Assembly (NCBI GenBank): GCA_038869535.1
Contig: JAWCQY010000003.1
Span: 1-37,948, forward strand
Origin: Candidatus Pacearchaeota archaeon
GTDB lineage: Archaea > Nanobdellota > Nanobdellia > Pacearchaeales > GW2011-AR1
Direction: 5' to 3'
Length of the DNA stretch: 37,948 bases
The notes beneath the pieces were generated by a model. The model worked only from the letters and a program-made list of their open reading frames with translations. It made no database searches and was not told the origin of the DNA. Made by a program: the position numbers and the translations under genes. Below are positions 27,501 through 36,426 of this stretch, piece by piece; the first letter of the stretch is position 1, and each line of letters begins with the position of its first letter.

Positions 27501-28148
27501 ATGATAATCCATAAAGGAGATTTTATAGAAATAGATTTTAGTGGTAAAATTAAAGATGGGGAAGTCTTTGATTCTACATTAAAAGATGAACTTGAAAAAA
27601 TTCATCATGGCCATGATCACAAAATTGAGGCCAAACCATTTGTTTTTTGTTTAGGTAAGGGAATGTTTCTTAAATCTTTAGAAGATTTTCTTGATGGTAA
27701 GGAAACGGAGAAGTGGTATGAAGTTGAGATTTCTCCAGCAGATGCATTTGGTTATAGAATCCCAACTCTAGTTCAAAAGATCCCAATAAAAATTTTTATT
27801 GAACAAAAAATAAACCCATTCCCCGGGGCTGTTTTTAATTTTGATGGTCAGGTTGGTAAAGTTTTAAGTGTTTCTTCCGGAAGAGTTGTTGTTGATTTTA
27901 ATCATATACTTGCAGGAAAAACACTTTTATACAAAATAAAAATATTAAGAAAAGTTGATGATATTAATGAAAAAGTTAAAGCCCTTAATGAATTTTTCTT
28001 TAAAAAAGATCTAAAATTTGAGATAAAAGATAAAAAGATTATTATTGAAGCAGAAAAATCGCTTATAAAAACTATTGAAATCTTTAAAAATAAATTCAAA
28101 GAAATTCTTAATTTAGATTTGGAGATTAAAGAGATAAAAAGCAACTAA
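27501..28148 (+). CDS. FKBP-type peptidyl-prolyl isomerase (long archaeal/SlyD-like)
   Basis: GDFI.I...G...DGEVFDST; P.DAFG; VDFNH.LAGK.L. Start moved to ATG 27501 (TATA at -29). Confidence 0.92.
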   Translation: MIIHKGDFIEIDFSGKIKDGEVFDSTLKDELEKIHHGHDHKIEAKPFVFCLGKGMFLKSLEDFLDGKETEKWYEVEISPADAFGYRIPTLVQKIPIKIFIEQKINPFPGAVFNFDGQVGKVLSVSSGRVVVDFNHILAGKTLLYKIKILRKVDDINEKVKALNEFFFKKDLKFEIKDKKIIIEAEKSLIKTIEIFKNKFKEILNLDLEIKEIKSN

Positions 28149-28383
28149 GATCATCAAAAAGTTTAGAATATTTTTATTAGATAAATTTAGATTAAATTAA
28201 TCTTATTAATTTATTTATTTTTGAGGATATTATTTGGGCAAACAATAAATAACTAAATTAAATAAATTAACAAAATAAATAAAAATATTTTAATCTATAT
28301 TTTATAGTTAAAAAGTATCAAAAATAAATCTTATAAAGAGAAATTACAATAATACTTATAAATATATATGTTTTCTTTTAATC

Positions 28384-29466
28384 ATGGACGACATTTATAA
28401 CGATTTGTCTTCTGATATAAAAGAGATTGATAAAGAATTAGCAGAGATTATAAAAAAACAAGCTACAAAGATAAAGGTTGTTGGTGTTGGGGGTGGTGGT
28501 GGAAATTCTTTAAGTAGAATGAGGGAAATTGGAATTAAAGGGGGGGAACTTATTGCCGCAAATACCGATGCCCAAGATCTTCTTTATACAAATGCTGATC
28601 AGAAAATTCTTATTGGTAAAGAATTAACACAAGGACTTGGTGCCGGAAGTAATCCTAAGGTTGGAGAGGAAGCAGCAAAAGAATCGGAATCTGAAATAAA
28701 GAAAAAACTTTTAGGTGGGGATATGATATTCATTACTTGTGGTTTAGGTGGGGGTACAGGAACTGGAGCAGCTCCAGTAATAGCAAATATCGCAAAAAAA
28801 CAGGGAGCACTAACTATTGGAGTCGTAACACTTCCATTTACGATAGAGGGAAAAAAAAGAATAGAGAATGCGATGAATGGATTAGAAAAAATGGAATCTA
28901 TTGTTGATACTCTAATTGTTATTCCAAATGATAAACTTCTTGAGCTTGCACCAGAGCTTCCTCTTCAAACCGCATTCAAAATTGCAGATGAAATTTTAAC
29001 TAATGCTGTAAAGGGAATTACAGAACTTGTTACAACAACAGGACTTGTGAATCTTGATTTTGCAGATATAAAAGCTATAATGTCGGATGGAGGTGTTTCC
29101 CTTATTGGAATGGGTGAATCAGATTCTACAAATAGAGCAATAGAAGCTATAGAAAAAGCAATAAATAATCCACTTCTTGATGTAGATATCTCAAATGCAA
29201 CAGGAGCTCTTGTGAATATCATTGGCGGTCCAGATATGAGTCTTGATGAATGTAAGTCAATAATAGAAACTCTTGGGAATAAACTAAGCCCAGATGCAAA
29301 ATTAATTTGGGGCGCGCAAATATCTGCAGATATGGATAAATCAATTCGTGTTTTACTAATTGTCACAGGAGTAAAAAGTTCTCAAATTCTTGGGCATGGC
29401 GAAACGATAGAAAGTATGAAACATCGAGAGATAGAAGAGGAACTTGGGATAGAATTTATTGAATAG
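28384..29466 (+). CDS. ftsZ: Cell division protein FtsZ (FtsZ1-type context)
   Basis: GVGGGGGN, NTDAQDL, GGGTGTG, GLVNLDFAD. Confidence 0.98.
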   Translation: MDDIYNDLSSDIKEIDKELAEIIKKQATKIKVVGVGGGGGNSLSRMREIGIKGGELIAANTDAQDLLYTNADQKILIGKELTQGLGAGSNPKVGEEAAKESESEIKKKLLGGDMIFITCGLGGGTGTGAAPVIANIAKKQGALTIGVVTLPFTIEGKKRIENAMNGLEKMESIVDTLIVIPNDKLLELAPELPLQTAFKIADEILTNAVKGITELVTTTGLVNLDFADIKAIMSDGGVSLIGMGESDSTNRAIEAIEKAINNPLLDVDISNATGALVNIIGGPDMSLDECKSIIETLGNKLSPDAKLIWGAQISADMDKSIRVLLIVTGVKSSQILGHGETIESMKHREIEEELGIEFIE

Positions 29467-29581
29467 AGATTGAATTTAGAATATAATATTAATCAAAAAT
29501 TTTAATTGAATATTAAAGTAGTTATCATCTTCAGATATATCTATTAAAAAAACTTAAAAACTATTATTCTTTTTTTTATTT

Positions 29582-29776
29582 ATGGAAGAATCAAAACTAA
29601 ATATACCCCAAACCTTAAAAAATTTTTATGAAAAATCAAGAAGGGTTTGGCTTACACTTAGTAAACCAACAAAAAAAGAATACGAAATGGTTGCTAAAGT
29701 CTCTGCAATTGGTATAATTATCTTAGGCCTGTTAGGATTTTTGATTTCAATAATTATTCAGACAATAATCAGATAA
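29582..29776 (+). CDS. secE: Protein translocase subunit SecE/Sec61-gamma
   Basis: RVW....KPT..EY...AKV...G followed by a TM helix; between ftsZ and spt5. Confidence 0.94.
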   Translation: MEESKLNIPQTLKNFYEKSRRVWLTLSKPTKKEYEMVAKVSAIGIIILGLLGFLISIIIQTIIR

Positions 29777-29825
29777 TAAATTTCAAAAAACAAAATTTAA
29801 ATACCCTTATTTTTAAATAATATTA

Positions 29826-29850
29826 CTACTTCTTAATTTATAGGGAGTAG
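29826..29850 (+). promoter_or_regulatory. 5'-terminal hairpin in the spt5-rpl11 leader
   Basis: CUACUUCUUA-AUUUA-UAGGGAGUAG (10 bp, 2 GU), starting about 30 nt after TTTAAATA at 29796. Confidence 0.5.
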
Positions 29851-29931
29851 ACGGAGCTAATAAATATTTAATATAAGATTGTTAAATTAATAACCATATA
29901 CAATAAAAATAAATTAACTAAACCAACTAAA

Positions 29932-30387
29932 ATGATTTTTATTATAAAAGTAACCACAAACAAAGAAGAAAAAGCTTTAGATATGATTGCCGAGAGAGTA
30001 GAAAAAAAAGGGATTAATGTTTTTGCTATTCTAAGGCCGCATGGTTTAAGAGGTTATATCCTTTTAGAATCTGAAGATAGAGAAAGTGCAGAGGAAGCTG
30101 TTTTTAATCTTCCATATGTTAAGGGGATAGTTGGAAAAACGATAAATTACGAAGAAATAAAAAATTTGGTTGAACCATCAGTTTCGACAATATCAATAAA
30201 AGAAGGAGATATTGTAGAGATAACCGGGACAACACTTAAAGGAGAAAAAGCAAAAGTTTTAAGGATAGATAAACAGAAGGAAGAAGTTGTTATTATATTG
30301 CTTGGAGCGGTTGTTCAACTTCCCGTAACACTTAAAATAGATAATGTTAAAGTTATAAGGCGTGACGAAGGAGAAAATGCAAATTAA
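29932..30387 (+). CDS. spt5: Transcription elongation factor Spt5/NusG
   Basis: NGN domain LRGYILLE; KOW domain GDIVEI...LKGE.AKV. Confidence 0.95.
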   Translation: MIFIIKVTTNKEEKALDMIAERVEKKGINVFAILRPHGLRGYILLESEDRESAEEAVFNLPYVKGIVGKTINYEEIKNLVEPSVSTISIKEGDIVEITGTTLKGEKAKVLRIDKQKEEVVIILLGAVVQLPVTLKIDNVKVIRRDEGENAN

Positions 30388-31099
30388 ACTTTTAGTAGAG
30401 GGGGGGGAAATGAAGCCGGGTCCTACTCTTAGTCAGAAACTAGGCCCTATTGGAATACCTATAAATCAGGTTATACAAAAAGTAAATGATGCAACAAAAA
30501 ATTTTAAGGGCATAAAAGTTCCTGTTGAAATTGAAATAAATCCATCTACAAAAAAATTCGAAGTTATTGTTTTTTCTCCACCAACTTCCGAACTTTTGAA
30601 AAAAGAATTGGGAATAGAGAAGGGATCTGGTGAACAAAAGAAGATAAAAGTTGCAAATGCTTCAATTGAACAAATCATTTTGATCGCAAAGACAAAATAT
30701 CCTAATATGCTTAGCAAGAATCTTAAAGCAGCCGTAAAAATGGTTTTGGGAAGTTGCGTAAGTCTCGGGATTCTTGTCGAAAATAAAAATCCAAAAGATG
30801 TTGAGAGGGAAGTTGATGAGGGTAAATATGATAAAGAGATAAATAGTGAATTGACAGAAACCCCAAAAGAAAAAAAAGAGAGGTTAGATGAATATTTTGC
30901 AAAAATAAAATCTGAACAAGAAAGAATCCTAAAGATGGAAGAAGAGGCAGCAAAAGCTACTGAAGCAGCAAAAGCTGGGCCATCTAGCCCTACGGCTCCA
31001 GGAGTACAAACAACCACAACAACTGCTTCAACAGAAACAAAATCCCAAACCGGAGCAAAAGAAAAAGTAGAAAAAAAGACAGAAAAAACAAAGAAATAA
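30377..31099 (+). CDS. rpl11: 50S ribosomal protein uL11 with long C-terminal extension
   Basis: LVEGG...PGP.L...LGP.G; F.G.KVPV; PPTS.L; GSC.SLG. Start moved to ATG 30377 (AGGAG SD). Confidence 0.95.
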   Translation: MQIKLLVEGGEMKPGPTLSQKLGPIGIPINQVIQKVNDATKNFKGIKVPVEIEINPSTKKFEVIVFSPPTSELLKKELGIEKGSGEQKKIKVANASIEQIILIAKTKYPNMLSKNLKAAVKMVLGSCVSLGILVENKNPKDVEREVDEGKYDKEINSELTETPKEKKERLDEYFAKIKSEQERILKMEEEAAKATEAAKAGPSSPTAPGVQTTTTTASTETKSQTGAKEKVEKKTEKTKK

Positions 31100-31131
31100 T
31101 TTATAAATTTTTATAATCTTTAAAATTAAGT

Positions 31132-31205
31132 GGGGTTGTAGTATAGCCTGGTTAGTATCCGAGGTTTGGGACCTCGTGACCCCGGTTCAAATCCGGGCAA
31201 CCCCA
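31132..31205 (+). tRNA. tRNA-Pro (anticodon TGG)
   Basis: Acceptor GGGGTTG/CAACCCC with A73, anticodon arm CGAGG-TTTGGGA-CCTCG, T arm CCCGG-TTCAAAT-CCGGG. Confidence 0.96.
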
Positions 31206-31231
31206 TTAAATTGTCTAAAATAAATTCAAAA

Positions 31232-31456
31232 ATGACATCAAAACTGAAAAAAGTAAAATCTTCTGGAAGATTTGGAGCAAGATATGGAAAGAAGGTTAGA
31301 GAGAACCTAAGTTTGATAGAGTCCAAACAAAGAAAAAAACAAAAATGCCCTTTTTGTGGTAAAAAAGGCGTTAAAAGGATTTCAAAAGGTGTTTGGTTAT
31401 GTACGAGAAAAAAATGCGGGAAGAAATTTGCTGCAGAAACTTATTACTTGGGGTGA
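31232..31456 (+). CDS. rpl37ae: 50S ribosomal protein eL43 (L37Ae)
   Basis: GRFGARYG..VR; CPFC...VKR...GVW.C....C. Start moved out of the tRNA to ATG 31232. Confidence 0.94.
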   Translation: MTSKLKKVKSSGRFGARYGKKVRENLSLIESKQRKKQKCPFCGKKGVKRISKGVWLCTRKKCGKKFAAETYYLG

Positions 31457-31522
31457 ATTAAAAAATAATAACATTTAAATAATTGGTAACGTCGTAATAA
31501 TATCTAAAAAATTAAGCAAAAA

Positions 31523-31660
31523 ATGCCAACATATAAATGCTTTAAATGTGAGAGAAAAATTCAAAGTACCAGTCTAGAAAAGAGATTTATCTGCCCTTAT
31601 TGTGGAGGGAAAATTTTTTATAAACCTAGGACTAAAATAAAAAGAATAAAAACTATTTAA
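31523..31660 (+). CDS. rpo12: RNA polymerase subunit Rpo12 (RpoP)
   Basis: Not in ORF track: MPTYKCFKC...FICPYCGGKIFYKPRTKIKRIKTI (45 aa); canonical position after eL43. Confidence 0.93.
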   Translation: MPTYKCFKCERKIQSTSLEKRFICPYCGGKIFYKPRTKIKRIKTI

Positions 31661-31690
31661 TTCTTTTTGAAACTTTGAAATTAATTTAAA

Positions 31691-32005
31691 ATGGAAAATA
31701 AAGATAATAAAGAGAAAAAAATTCAAGAACTACAAATTTTGGAACAAAATATACAAAATCTTCTTTTACAAAAACAAGCTTTTCAAATGGAATTATCTGA
31801 AACAAAAGCTGCTTTAAAGGAGATTGAAAAATCTTCAGAGATTTTTAAAATAGTCGGTCAAATTATGATAAAAACAGAAAAAGAAAAAATAGAAGAAGAA
31901 CTAAAAAATAAAGAAAAGATTATAGAATTAAGAATAGGATCGATAGGAAAACAAGAAAAATCGCTAAAAGATAGAATCGAAAGCATAAAAAAAGAGATTT
32001 TTTAA
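31691..32005 (+). CDS. pfdB: Prefoldin beta subunit
   Basis: Coiled coils around a single hairpin IFKIVGQIMIK. Confidence 0.92.
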   Translation: MENKDNKEKKIQELQILEQNIQNLLLQKQAFQMELSETKAALKEIEKSSEIFKIVGQIMIKTEKEKIEEELKNKEKIIELRIGSIGKQEKSLKDRIESIKKEIF

Positions 32006-32088
32006 ATTTTATTTTTAATTTCATCTAATAAAGAATATATGTTAGAGAATTACGAAATCTTTATAAATCCATACAAGTTAAAATTATT

Positions 32089-32481
32089 ATGATACTTGAT
32101 AAAATAAAAGAAGCATTTTCGATAAAAGGTACTAATCCAACAGATGAATACCTGGAAATTGATTTAGGCAAGGGAGAGGAGCCGGAAAGTAAAGTTTTTG
32201 TAAAACTTTTTAGTTTGAAGGAATACGATGATGTTAATGATATCTTAAACTCATTGAGGGAAGGATATACAATCGCTATGATTGATATAAAATCTCTCAA
32301 ACAAAAAGATTCTATTGAACTTAAAAGAGCTATATCTAAAATAAAGAAGACAGTTGAAGCCCTTGAAGGTAATATTGCAGGTTTTGGGGATAATACTGTT
32401 ATTGCAACTCCACCTTTTGCAAAAATTCATAGAGAGCCTATAAAATCAAAAGAAGAAAAGAAAAAGACATTAGATTATTAA
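32089..32481 (+). CDS. sepF: Cell division protein SepF
   Basis: N-terminal amphipathic helix MILDKIKEAF; LREG..IA.IDI..L; GNIAG.G...VIATP. Confidence 0.88.
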   Translation: MILDKIKEAFSIKGTNPTDEYLEIDLGKGEEPESKVFVKLFSLKEYDDVNDILNSLREGYTIAMIDIKSLKQKDSIELKRAISKIKKTVEALEGNIAGFGDNTVIATPPFAKIHREPIKSKEEKKKTLDY

Positions 32482-32584
32482 AATAATCTAAATCTAATTT
32501 TTAATTCTAACTAATAAAATTAATCTAATAATCTGTTTTTATTTAGTGAGAAAATATTGTACCAATTTTATTAAAAAACTTTTA

Positions 32585-32971
32585 TTAAATTTTTGCAAGA
32601 GAGAAAACCGTTTTTAAAGCAACTATAATTGTTGCAGGCACAAACAAAGCAAGCAAAGCTCCAAATACAGCACTTACCGCATTACCTATGCTAAAACCTA
32701 TAAAACTTCCCTTAACCCCCTCCATACCAAATCTACTTACAATAACAAGAATAGCAGATGTTAAGAGAAATTTTTGTGAATCATCCCCCGGAACTCCTAC
32801 AAACCCGATTAATAGACCAAGAAATACAAGCATTCCATAGATTTGAGCATTATACTTTATAATGTCCGGCAAGGAAAAGATAGTTGCAGATAATCCTATA
32901 AGAACAGCAAGAATAACCCCAATAAGAAATGCCCAAGCCCCTAAAGAGTTTTCTTTATCTACTATCGCCAT
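32585..32971 (-). CDS. Small 4-TM membrane protein of unknown function
   Basis: Four hydrophobic segments; G.WAFLIG and FVPA..IVALK motifs; GGGGGT SD. Confidence 0.8.
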   Translation of the reverse strand: MAIVDKENSLGAWAFLIGVILAVLIGLSATIFSLPDIIKYNAQIYGMLVFLGLLIGFVGVPGDDSQKFLLTSAILVIVSRFGMEGVKGSFIGFSIGNAVSAVFGALLALFVPATIIVALKTVFSLAKI

Positions 32972-33157
32972 GTAACCCCCATATTTATAAATTATTTTAT
33001 TTTTTATGGATTTATTGAAAAACAGAATATTAATTATATAAATCTTTCTTGTTAAAGATAATTTAAGCTAAATTAATTTTTGATTATTAAGCTAAAATAT
33101 ATTTCAAACAACAGAAATATTTAAATATCATAGTAACTGCGGAATGATTACAGTAAA

Positions 33158-34984
33158 ATGATGGACTTAAAATCCTTAAAATTTTTTAATCTAAGCATTT
33201 TTACATTTCTTACACTTATTTTTATAATAAGTACAGTAAGCGCTTTGACTTTAGCAGAGTGGCCACTTACAGTGAGCGGTAATGCTTTAAATGTACCGGC
33301 TAATGTTAATGCAGGAGTATTTATAAGTAGCCCAACAATCAATAATTTTGTTTTTGGGAATTCTGGTGCTGAAGGAGAAAATTGGTCAACTTCTAGCTCT
33401 ATAGACGATAATAAATATTTTGAGGTTAATATATCCCCCCAAACAGGAAATTTTTTAATAATTTCAGATATTAGTTTTAATTATAGTGGTTCTACAATAT
33501 CAAACAATGGAAGTTTTGAACTTAAATACTCAAAAATTTCCGGTTTTGGTTCTCCAACATCAATAACCATTAAAACAGATGTTAATAATGTTGAAAAAAT
33601 TTCTTCTAATAATAATTTAAATATTATAGTTAATTCTGGTGAAACTCTAACTCTCAGATGGTTTGGATACAATTTTAGCTCCCCAACCAATAAATTTAGG
33701 ATTAAATCCTTAAATATCCAAGGAACAGTTATACCAACATTCTGTCGAAACGGCCCACAAAATAAATCCGATTTAAATCTTGAAGTAGATATAAAAAACC
33801 GTGGAGAAGGAAACACAAATGAATGGTTACCTCTTGACAGAATAGAAGTCCAAGTACGATTAAGAAATGATAAGACAACTGACTTGAGAGACGTTATATT
33901 CAAGCTTGGATTAAGAGAGGCCGATAGGCCAACAGTAGATGTCGCAGGAGATATGCTTTGGATTTCTTCAGATGGAGAAGAATATGAAGTAGGCGATGTT
34001 GATTCTGGAGACAGTTCTTCAAAATATTCTTTTGAATTTAGAGTAAATCCAAATGAAGTAAAATTTGATAAGGATTATGAGCTTGTTGTGAAGGCATATC
34101 CAGATGGAAAGGAAAGTCTAACCTGTATCGATTTTTTAGAGAGAGTAAGAATTGAATCAGAGGGAAGAAAAGATAAAATGGTTGTTGTTGATAATTACGA
34201 CTTTGTAAACAACCCAATAACAGCACAATGTAAACAAGACGTTGTTTTAATGGTAGATGTTTATAATATAGGGGATAGAAATTTTGAAAATAAGATAAAA
34301 GTAAGATTGTTTAATAGCGAGCTTGGATTAAACTTAGAAAATGAAATAATGGGAGATTTAGATTCTGGTGATAAGGCAGTAGCAACATTTAATTTCAAAA
34401 TCCCAAGCAATGTTACAGAAAAAAAATATACTCTTTTAATGGAAACAGAATATGATTATAGAGAAAGTACCGGAACTTATAGAGAAAGATCAAGTAAGGG
34501 TTTTGAAATTCCTTTAATTGTTAAAGGAGGATGTTTTACCCAACCACAATTTAAGATTTCCGCTTCACTAATGTCTGGAGGAAAAGCGGGAGAAGATTTA
34601 GTTGTAAAAGTTCTTACTACAAATCTCGGTTCATCTTTAAAAACATATACCTTCTCTTCATCCGGGCATAATTCATGGGCATCTGAATATAATGTAGAGC
34701 CAACAATACTTGTTCTCGGGGCTGGACAGTCTGGGGAAGTTATTTATACCTTTAAAGTAAATAAAGGCGTTTCAGGAGAACAAAGTTTCTTTATTGAAGT
34801 AAAATCTGAAAATGAGATTACGAGACAAGAAGTTTCTGTAAACATAGAAAAACCAACAGGATTTTTTGGGATTTCGGGGTTGGCAATAAGTGAAAATGCT
34901 GGACTATGGGCACTCGGAATTCTAAATGTTGTTATAATAATTGTTATAATCTTTGTTGCAGTAAGACTTGCAAAAAGAAAATAG
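33158..34984 (+). CDS. Secreted beta-rich (Ig/CARDB-like) surface glycoprotein with C-terminal membrane anchor
   Basis: Signal peptide (..STVSA), repeated V.N.G beta-sandwich motifs, several N-x-S/T sequons, C-terminal TM followed by RLAKRK. Confidence 0.78.
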   Translation: MMDLKSLKFFNLSIFTFLTLIFIISTVSALTLAEWPLTVSGNALNVPANVNAGVFISSPTINNFVFGNSGAEGENWSTSSSIDDNKYFEVNISPQTGNFLIISDISFNYSGSTISNNGSFELKYSKISGFGSPTSITIKTDVNNVEKISSNNNLNIIVNSGETLTLRWFGYNFSSPTNKFRIKSLNIQGTVIPTFCRNGPQNKSDLNLEVDIKNRGEGNTNEWLPLDRIEVQVRLRNDKTTDLRDVIFKLGLREADRPTVDVAGDMLWISSDGEEYEVGDVDSGDSSSKYSFEFRVNPNEVKFDKDYELVVKAYPDGKESLTCIDFLERVRIESEGRKDKMVVVDNYDFVNNPITAQCKQDVVLMVDVYNIGDRNFENKIKVRLFNSELGLNLENEIMGDLDSGDKAVATFNFKIPSNVTEKKYTLLMETEYDYRESTGTYRERSSKGFEIPLIVKGGCFTQPQFKISASLMSGGKAGEDLVVKVLTTNLGSSLKTYTFSSSGHNSWASEYNVEPTILVLGAGQSGEVIYTFKVNKGVSGEQSFFIEVKSENEITRQEVSVNIEKPTGFFGISGLAISENAGLWALGILNVVIIIVIIFVAVRLAKRK

Positions 34985-35074
34985 ATAGATTATAATCCTT
35001 ATTATTTATCCTTATTATTTCTTTTTGAAATTTTTTGTAATAACATATTTAAAGATAAATCCACTTAGAATTAA

Positions 35075-35611
35075 ATGATTAATAAAGAGGATTTTTTTAG
35101 TATAATCTCAAGATATTTAATCTTACTAATTTTTGCAATATCAAATCTCGCAATTTTTTATATTATTTTTACCCCTTTGACAGCTTATCCAGTTTATTGG
35201 ATTCTTGGTTTATTCTTTGATACGGCTCTTTTATCAAATACTATCATAATCATAAACAACTCATTTTCAATAGAATTAATAGAAGCGTGTATTGCGGGCT
35301 CTGCTTATTACTTTCTTTTAATCCTTAATCTTTCAACCCCTAAAATAAAATTAAAAACAAGAATTTACGGGGTTATATTTTCATTTTTAGTTTTTTTAAT
35401 CTTGAACATTTTAAGAATTTCCATATTAAGTCTTATTGCAATCTCGGGTTCTTCCTTTTTTGACATAACTCATAAAATTTTTTGGTATTTAGTTAGTACA
35501 ATACTTGTTGTTGGAATATGGTTTTTAGAAGTAAAGATTTTTAAGATAAAAGAGATACCATTTTATTCTGATTTAAAAACAATTTACAAAAAATCTGTTT
35601 TTAAGAAATGA
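35075..35611 (+). CDS. Archaeosortase/exosortase family protein (pacearchaeosortase-like)
   Basis: IEACIAG (catalytic Cys), LNILRI (Arg), THKIFW (His) in a compact polytopic protein. Confidence 0.85.
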   Translation: MINKEDFFSIISRYLILLIFAISNLAIFYIIFTPLTAYPVYWILGLFFDTALLSNTIIIINNSFSIELIEACIAGSAYYFLLILNLSTPKIKLKTRIYGVIFSFLVFLILNILRISILSLIAISGSSFFDITHKIFWYLVSTILVVGIWFLEVKIFKIKEIPFYSDLKTIYKKSVFKK

Positions 35612-35667
35612 TCTAAATCTACCCAAATAAAGAGCCATAAATTTTAATCTTAATGAATATTGTTATA

Positions 35668-36306
35668 TTAATTAATTTGATTGATTTTAACAAAAGTTTC
35701 AATCATGAATCTTTCCATGCCTTTTATTATCTCGCAATTTTTTATGTTAATATTATAACATGAAGGACCTATTTTTTCTATTTTTGTTGTGTTAGATTCT
35801 TGTATAAGTATAAAAGTATTTGTTCCAGTAATATCACATACAGATTTTTCACCACTTGATACGTTAATTCCAATGACCCTATGCAAATTTAAAAAATTTT
35901 CAACCGCAATTTTTTCATCCCCTTGACAATATTGATTAAAGGTTATTTTTACAAACATTTTTTCTGTTAGGATTAAGTCTCCCTCAAAAGGTATGTCTCT
36001 TCCAAGTTTTCTCGGGTCATTTCTAAGATAAAAATTATAGTTTGAATTTTTTCCTTTATAAATCACGGGGACTTTTGTATTGTATGTTATAAGGCAGGAA
36101 AAAGGGCCAGAATCGCAGAATTTTACAACACTAAAATTTACTCCGTTATATACAAAACTTTCATTATACCTCGAAAAAATAAAGAAAACAACAACAGCTA
36201 TTATTATTGTTCCCGATACTATAAGAAAATTTTTTAATATTTTCTTTTGTTTTTTATTTATATCTTCATCATTAAGAACTTCATCTTTTTCCTTTTTTTT
36301 ATCCAT
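35668..36306 (-). CDS. Single-TM membrane-anchored protein, paralog A
   Basis: Charged N-terminus, one TM, FVYNGVNF, LRNDP, Cys-containing ectodomain. Confidence 0.8.
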   Translation of the reverse strand: MDKKKEKDEVLNDEDINKKQKKILKNFLIVSGTIIIAVVVFFIFSRYNESFVYNGVNFSVVKFCDSGPFSCLITYNTKVPVIYKGKNSNYNFYLRNDPRKLGRDIPFEGDLILTEKMFVKITFNQYCQGDEKIAVENFLNLHRVIGINVSSGEKSVCDITGTNTFILIQESNTTKIEKIGPSCYNINIKNCEIIKGMERFMIETFVKINQIN

Positions 36307-36426
36307 TTTATTCCTTGTTATTAACCCGAATTCTACATTTTTTATTTAAATTATAATCTCTTTTTAAAAGTTTTTATTATGTTTTTATTATGCTAGTAAC
36401 TTCAAAGAAAAATCCTTTAATAAAAG

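Noticed and set aside
28149-28383. AT-rich spacer before ftsZ as a replication origin or ncRNA
   Set aside because: No ORB-like G-string repeats, no cdc6/orc1 nearby and no stable structure.
29826-29858. Second L1-binding site before spt5-rpl11 (GGGAG)
   Set aside because: GGGAG is fully paired and there is no G-Nn-A asymmetric loop.
31126-31326. Minus ORF 31126-31326 and the TTG start at 31166
   Set aside because: Both overlap tRNA-Pro; eL43 starts at 31232.
32482-32540. Repeated TAATCTAA-like words as a CRISPR or iteron array
   Set aside because: Too short, irregularly spaced and expected in very AT-rich DNA; no cas genes nearby.
33144-33161. 5-codon uORF (MITVK) overlapping the surface-protein start
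   Set aside because: Too short to be significant and probably upstream of the predicted transcription start.
28965-33903. Long minus-strand ORFs at 28965-29366, 30466-31017 and 33481-33903
   Set aside because: They are codon-aligned shadows of ftsZ, rpl11 and the surface protein, with no motifs of their own.
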